A DNA stretch of 11,022 nt, from assembly GCA_038850285.1 (NCBI GenBank), contig JAWCMA010000008.1, forward strand, positions 33,383-44,404, read 5' to 3'. A program made the translations under genes and the position numbers. Below the pieces are notes generated by a model. The model saw only the letters and a list, made by a program, of their open reading frames with translations, made no database searches and was not told where the DNA came from. The DNA comes from Methanocellales archaeon. GTDB lineage: Archaea > Halobacteriota > JAWCLZ01. Shown here in pieces: positions 7,906 to 11,022 of the stretch. Numbering within the stretch: position 1 is the first letter of the stretch; every line of letters starts with the position of its first letter.

Positions 7906-8860
7906 GCCCTTCCTCCATGGCGCGCAGGAAATCTCTCTCCGTAATTATACCTAGGAGCACTCCATCCTTAATAACTGGCAGTGCTCCAAGATCTTTCTGC
8001 TTCATAACTTCAGCAGCAGTGGCGAGGGTTTCATCGGGGGTAATCGTGGTTAAATCTGCAGACATCAATATCTTCACAGGCATCTCAAGTGCTTCTTGAA
8101 TATGTCCAGTTACAAGCTTGCTGAATACCTCCCCACCTGCGAAGTATTTTAAGATATCGCTCGCGGTTACCATTCCAAGCAATACGCCGCTGCTAACTAT
8201 CGGCAGCCTTCTGAAACCCTCCCCTACCATTAGCTTTATTGCTCTCTCGATCGTGAGGGAAGGTGGAGCTGTGACCACGTTTTTGCTCATATAGTCTTTC
8301 ACAAGCTTATTGCTCATTCTATGTGAAACGATGAATAGCACATCTCTTTCTGAGATTATCCCAGCGATTCTATTTTCCTCATCCAAAACTGGCAGGCCTC
8401 CTTTTTTATGAGTCATCATAAGTGCAAGTGCTTCCTTGAGTGAGCCGCTTCGCTTGATGGTTACTACATTTTTCTCCATTATTTCCCGGACTTCTTCATT
8501 TATAGCTGCAAGCAAATTGCCTGAATATCGATTTTGCACAATTCTATGCCGGTCTCCGCCTCCTAAGAAGTCCATTATATCCAATGCAGTAACTATTCCA
8601 ACAAGTCTATTTGTACCTGCATCTGCAACTGGAATTCTTCGATATCCATATTGAGTCATGGTTTTTATAACGCCCATTACTGTCATTGTGGGAGGTACAG
8701 TTATAACTTCTTTATTTGCAATCTCCATAACTTCGCCATCGCGTTCAGGAATCCTTGATTTAAAATCTACCGGACCAAAGTCCTTGGTGCCTCTTCCAAA
8801 CATCTCCGCGCCTTTCTTAGGGGGAGTTGAGTTTCCGGTTTTTTTAACTTTCCTCATCAT
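7892..8860 (-). CDS. CBS-domain-only protein, four CBS motifs, with a basic N-terminal extension of about 44 aa, 322 aa (gamma-AMPK/MJ1225-like architecture)
   Basis: The motifs are GIVTALDI, GIISERDV, GMVTASDI and GIITERDF. GGG/AGG loops follow motifs 1 and 3. The ATGA overlap with the upstream stop supports the long start at 8860. Met20 and Met45 are alternative starts. Confidence 0.85.
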   Translation of the reverse strand: MMRKVKKTGNSTPPKKGAEMFGRGTKDFGPVDFKSRIPERDGEVMEIANKEVITVPPTMTVMGVIKTMTQYGYRRIPVADAGTNRLVGIVTALDIMDFLGGGDRHRIVQNRYSGNLLAAINEEVREIMEKNVVTIKRSGSLKEALALMMTHKKGGLPVLDEENRIAGIISERDVLFIVSHRMSNKLVKDYMSKNVVTAPPSLTIERAIKLMVGEGFRRLPIVSSGVLLGMVTASDILKYFAGGEVFSKLVTGHIQEALEMPVKILMSADLTTITPDETLATAAEVMKQKDLGALPVIKDGVLLGIITERDFLRAMEEGHEGR

Positions 8861-9639
8861 TCAACCACACTCATATATGCCCTTATGATATCATAGCGAT
8901 CGACGATTCCAACTAGCTTGCTATTTCTAACCACTGGAATCCTTCCTATGTCATATTTAAACATCAATTCAGCAGCTGCTTTTACAGTGCTCTCAGGTGC
9001 CACGGTGTGAACTGGGGTTTTCATGATCTTCTCAACCTTTGGAGTGATGTTCAATTTCTTCCGCTCATCCTCTTTCCCAATTCTAACATAGCCTAATTTC
9101 ACAATATCAGATCTAGTTATGATGCCTATCAATTTGTTTTTCCTTACAACTGGAAATCCCGAAATGCCGAATTCGATCATATTCATCCAGATTTTGCTAA
9201 TTGGATCGTCTGGACTGCAAACTTTAACATTCGCTGTCATTATATCTTTCACCTGCAAATTTGAAAGTTTATCGAGGTCTATTGCTTTAAAAATGTCCAC
9301 GATGCTCAGCATTCCCACGAGCACTGAGGTGTGAGGCGATTCGACCACTGGCACGCGGGTAATTTCACCCTCCATCATTGCCTTGGCAGCTGCTTCTAAG
9401 TCCATTTCAGGGGTTATTACCGGCGTGGGCCTAATGAAGCCCTTGACCGTTATATTTGACTTGGTGCTTGTGATTTTGAGCACATCTTGAATGGTTATAA
9501 CTCCCTTAACTCGATTTTTCTCATCCACAACTGGTAGAGTTCGAAAGCGGTGGTCTCGCATGAGCTGCCTAGCTTTGGTTAGAAATTCGTCTTCTCTGAT
9601 AAATACGGGTCTCTGAGACATCACCTCTTTTATCTTCAT
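8857..9639 (-). CDS. CBS-domain-only protein, four CBS motifs, 260 aa
   Basis: The motifs are GVITIQDV, GMLSIVDI, GIITRSDI and GIVDRYDI. The N-terminus is MKIKEVMSQRPVFI. A GGGGAG Shine-Dalgarno lies 6 nt upstream of the ATG at 9639. Confidence 0.88.
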   Translation of the reverse strand: MKIKEVMSQRPVFIREDEFLTKARQLMRDHRFRTLPVVDEKNRVKGVITIQDVLKITSTKSNITVKGFIRPTPVITPEMDLEAAAKAMMEGEITRVPVVESPHTSVLVGMLSIVDIFKAIDLDKLSNLQVKDIMTANVKVCSPDDPISKIWMNMIEFGISGFPVVRKNKLIGIITRSDIVKLGYVRIGKEDERKKLNITPKVEKIMKTPVHTVAPESTVKAAAELMFKYDIGRIPVVRNSKLVGIVDRYDIIRAYMSVVE

Positions 9640-9664
9640 TGAGAACTCCCCTTTTTTATATAGT

Positions 9665-10246
9665 TCATTCTTTTAGTTCGTCCTTGCAGCTCTCGCAAAC
9701 AAGAGTTCCATTTATTGATTCCAGTGATTCTGAAATTGCACCGCATCTCTCGCAAATACCCTGATCAAAACTTCTAGGGGTTTTGCTTTCTGAAAGAGGT
9801 TCTCGATTTATCTCCATCAATTCCAATAGAGTTTCATTCAGCTCTGCAGATGCCGCAATTACATCTGTGTCTGTGACAATTCCTTGGAGTTCGCCTCTCT
9901 CAACGACAGGCAATCTTCGAATATTCATTTTAACCATCTTCTTCGCCACTTCGATTAAGCTAGAATCAGGCGAGATAGTAATTAAAGGCGATTTCATGAG
10001 ATTGGCTATTTTCATCTCGCTTGGCTTTATATTCGAAGCGATGACTTCCCTGACCATATCACGCTCTGTTACGATGCCAACAGGTTCGCCTTTTTTCATT
10101 ACAATTACGCTACCGACATCGTGTTTTATCATCTCCTTCGCGGCATCCGAGGCATTTCCATTTATATCGATGGTTATGACTTTCTTCGTCATAATCTGAC
10201 TCACTGGGATGTGGCGACTTCGCCTGAGCGATGTTTTTTCAACCAT
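9665..10246 (-). CDS. CBS pair fused to a C-terminal Cys4 Zn-ribbon-like domain (TA0289/TV1335-type architecture), 193 aa
   Basis: There are two CBS motifs (GIVTERDM, GIVTDTDV). They are followed by a linker and C165-E-R-C168...C184-E-S-C187 (CxxC-x15-CxxC; codons 9686-9754). A GAGG(T) Shine-Dalgarno lies about 6 nt upstream of the ATG at 10246. Confidence 0.85.
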   Translation of the reverse strand: MVEKTSLRRSRHIPVSQIMTKKVITIDINGNASDAAKEMIKHDVGSVIVMKKGEPVGIVTERDMVREVIASNIKPSEMKIANLMKSPLITISPDSSLIEVAKKMVKMNIRRLPVVERGELQGIVTDTDVIAASAELNETLLELMEINREPLSESKTPRSFDQGICERCGAISESLESINGTLVCESCKDELKE

Positions 10247-10290
10247 TTTAAACCTCTGAGTATATTCAATAGTTAATACAATTCAATGCC

Positions 10291-10306
10291 TTATCAATTT
10301 TTTGTG
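10291..10306 (-). promoter_or_regulatory. Putative BRE/TATA-like promoter element of the CBS/RNA-ligase unit (minus-strand reading CACAAAAAATTGATAA)
   Basis: It lies 45 nt upstream of the ATG at 10246. A TSS about 25 nt downstream would leave a leader of about 20 nt containing the GAGG Shine-Dalgarno. A near-identical copy occurs at 10819-10832 upstream of the neighbouring gene. It follows the T-tract cluster that probably ends the upstream transcript. Confidence 0.35.
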
Positions 10307-10326
10307 AAAAGCGAAAAGCAAAAGAG
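10306..10326 (-). terminator. Cluster of three T4 tracts on the minus strand (CTCTTTTGCTTTTCGCTTTTC), a possible archaeal terminator for the 151-aa gene
   Basis: The plus strand reads GAAAAGC GAAAAGC AAAAGAG, a perfect 7-mer tandem plus a degenerate third copy. It lies 13-33 nt downstream of the stop at 10339-10341. Confidence 0.3.
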
Positions 10327-10346
10327 CTATTTAGAGAGCTATTTAG
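10323..10346. repeat. Perfect 12-bp tandem duplication (AGAGCTATTTAG x2) spanning the stop codon of the 151-aa ORF
   Basis: Direct reading shows 10323-10334 identical to 10335-10346. On the coding strand this duplicates ...TCT AAA TAG CTC (Ser-Lys-stop). Confidence 0.9.
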
Positions 10347-10794
10347 AAATCCAGAAGGGCGGAATTTCCTGGGTATTCCAATATTGCTTAACAGTGCTAT
10401 GAGGCACTTCTATTCTTAAATTCACAGGCTGCTCAATCGAGCCCCCGTAGAAAAGATAGTAGCTGCCTGCCTCTTTTACAGAATTCCTTGAAATCAACAC
10501 TGCTCCATCGCTTTTGATCTCCAGAGCAGATAAGTCGTTGAAACCATGTAGAGAATTTACAAGCTCTGGCTCAATCGCCTTACTTCCAAGCAGCCATAAA
10601 TAGAATTTAGCAAATATACTTAGTTCATATTCCAAGTAAATATATAGATCGGATCCACTGCTCTTAATGGTAGCTTTCTTAAGCCTTAAAAATTTCTCGC
10701 CATTTGAAGCCAGAGCTAAGCTGCTTGATAAGCTAATTAACAATATTAATAATGTTAATATTAATATTAATGCTATTGCTTTCTTCTTGAGCAT
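10339..10794 (-). CDS. Hypothetical secreted or N-terminally membrane-anchored protein, 151 aa
   Basis: The N-terminus MLKKK-AIALILILTLLILLISLSSSLALA-SNG has a positively charged n-region, a long hydrophobic core and an AxA-like site. I recognise no family in the remainder. There is no Shine-Dalgarno. The promoter-like motif 25 nt upstream suggests a leaderless mRNA. Confidence 0.6.
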   Translation of the reverse strand: MLKKKAIALILILTLLILLISLSSSLALASNGEKFLRLKKATIKSSGSDLYIYLEYELSIFAKFYLWLLGSKAIEPELVNSLHGFNDLSALEIKSDGAVLISRNSVKEAGSYYLFYGGSIEQPVNLRIEVPHSTVKQYWNTQEIPPFWISK

Positions 10795-10818
10795 TTAATT
10801 TACTTCTAATTGAGCTTT

Positions 10819-10832
10819 TTATCAATTTTGTG
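10819..10832 (-). promoter_or_regulatory. Putative BRE/TATA-like promoter element (minus-strand reading CACAAAATTGATAA) for the 151-aa gene
   Basis: Its 3' edge is 25 nt upstream of the ATG at 10794, the spacing expected for a leaderless archaeal transcript. It is the same motif as at 10291-10306, minus two A residues. Confidence 0.35.
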
Positions 10833-10833
10833 G

Positions 10834-11022
10834 TTACTTCGCCGTCACCAAAGACCAGATCATGAGCAGTGCTAGGAGCAGCAAAAAACCTATGAAAAAC
10901 ATTTTCTGTCTCCTCTGTGATTTGCTAAATTCTCTCTCACATTCCTCGCTGCAGTAAAGCAGCTCAACTTCAACTGCCTTGCCGCATACAAGACAGTGCT
11001 TGTGAGGAATTACTTTGACCAT
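10834..11022 (-). CDS. Small Cys4 zinc-ribbon protein with a C-terminal TM helix (DUF2116-like), 62 aa
   Basis: The sequence is HKH-C10-LV-C13-GKAV...Y-C24-SEE-C28-EREF, followed by a basic stretch (KSQRRQK) and a hydrophobic tail (MFFIGFLLLLALLMIWSLV). The start codon is the last triplet of the window, so an upstream in-frame start cannot be excluded. Confidence 0.6.
   Translation of the reverse strand: MVKVIPHKHCLVCGKAVEVELLYCSEECEREFSKSQRRQKMFFIGFLLLLALLMIWSLVTAK

Noticed and set aside
565-9334. Other track ORFs of 60-106 aa: 565-795+, 2379-2588-, 2646-2933-, 3370-3606-, 3537-3854-, 4158-4394-, 4454-4672-, 5572-5838+, 6004-6195+, 6864-7184+, 7917-8099+, 8436-8654+, 8658-8888+, 9119-9334+
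   Set aside because: Each lies antisense to, or out of frame within, a gene with strong family motifs (GGR flavoprotein, ABC permeases and ATPases, RNA ligase, CBS proteins). Their translations are S/P/L/I-rich with no recognisable motifs or translation signals.
9783-10199. 138-aa plus-strand ORF from the six-frame track
   Set aside because: It is entirely antisense to the CBS/Zn-ribbon gene, whose CBS motifs and Cys4 ribbon give clear coding evidence. The antisense product is low-complexity (S/I/F-rich), with no motif, no SD and no promoter. It is a typical shadow ORF.
6290-10246. Reading the CBS genes as IMP dehydrogenase (guaB) fragments or pseudogenes
   Set aside because: CBS-only archaeal proteins were historically labelled 'IMPDH-related'. 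No IMPDH TIM-barrel or catalytic Cys-loop sequence is present here. All five ORFs are intact, begin with a canonical CBS start and are translationally coupled, so they are stand-alone CBS proteins.
6290-10246. Recent tandem gene amplification or a nucleotide-level repeat array
   Set aside because: The five paralogues share only the short CBS signature positions. I saw no extended nucleotide identity between them, and their lengths and linkers differ. This is an ancient paralogous set, not a repeat or assembly duplication.
10247-10338. Possible small RNA (for example a C/D box sRNA, a known substrate class for archaeal RNA ligase) in the 92-nt intergenic region
   Set aside because: Neither strand has a C box (RUGAUGA). 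There is only an isolated CUGA (plus strand, 10255-10258), which is actually the complement of the SD region. The space is better explained by terminator, promoter and leader.
10734-10772. AT-rich microsatellite-like tract (ttaattaacaatattaataatgttaatattaatattaatg)
   Set aside because: It lies within the 151-aa ORF and encodes the Leu/Ile-rich hydrophobic core of the signal or anchor peptide (ILILTLLILLI). The repetitiveness reflects codon and amino-acid composition.
1-11022. CRISPR arrays, tRNA or rRNA genes, IS elements, integrases, or toxin-antitoxin or defence genes
   Set aside because: Coding density is very high. The longest non-coding gap is 92 nt. I saw no spaced direct repeats, no inverted terminal repeats, and no transposase-, integrase- or nuclease-like ORFs.

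Overview
The window reads as an archaeal chromosomal segment, moderately AT-rich by eye. The evidence is an archaeal-type Pth2, a geranylgeranyl-reductase-family flavoprotein, an Rnl3-type RNA ligase, TATA-like or leaderless promoter geometry and oligo-T terminators. All product names come from motif recognition by eye, since no searches could be run.

Gene content from left to right:
- The 5' part of an FAD-dependent geranylgeranyl-reductase-family gene (minus strand, runs off the window).
- A small 3-TM membrane protein with a His-rich tail, then peptidyl-tRNA hydrolase Pth2.
- A four-gene Opp/Dpp/Nik-family ABC importer (two permeases, two ATPases) with no substrate-binding protein gene in the window.
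- Converging on it from the minus strand, the most unusual feature: a tightly packed and mostly translationally coupled six-gene unit. It runs from a CBS-pair/Zn-ribbon protein through four different 4xCBS proteins to an ATP-dependent RNA ligase. That is 18 recognisable CBS motifs in about 4 kb feeding into an RNA ligase.
- Upstream on the same strand, a signal-peptide or membrane-anchored hypothetical protein and a small tail-anchored Cys4 zinc-ribbon protein.

No rRNA, tRNA, CRISPR array or mobile element is visible.
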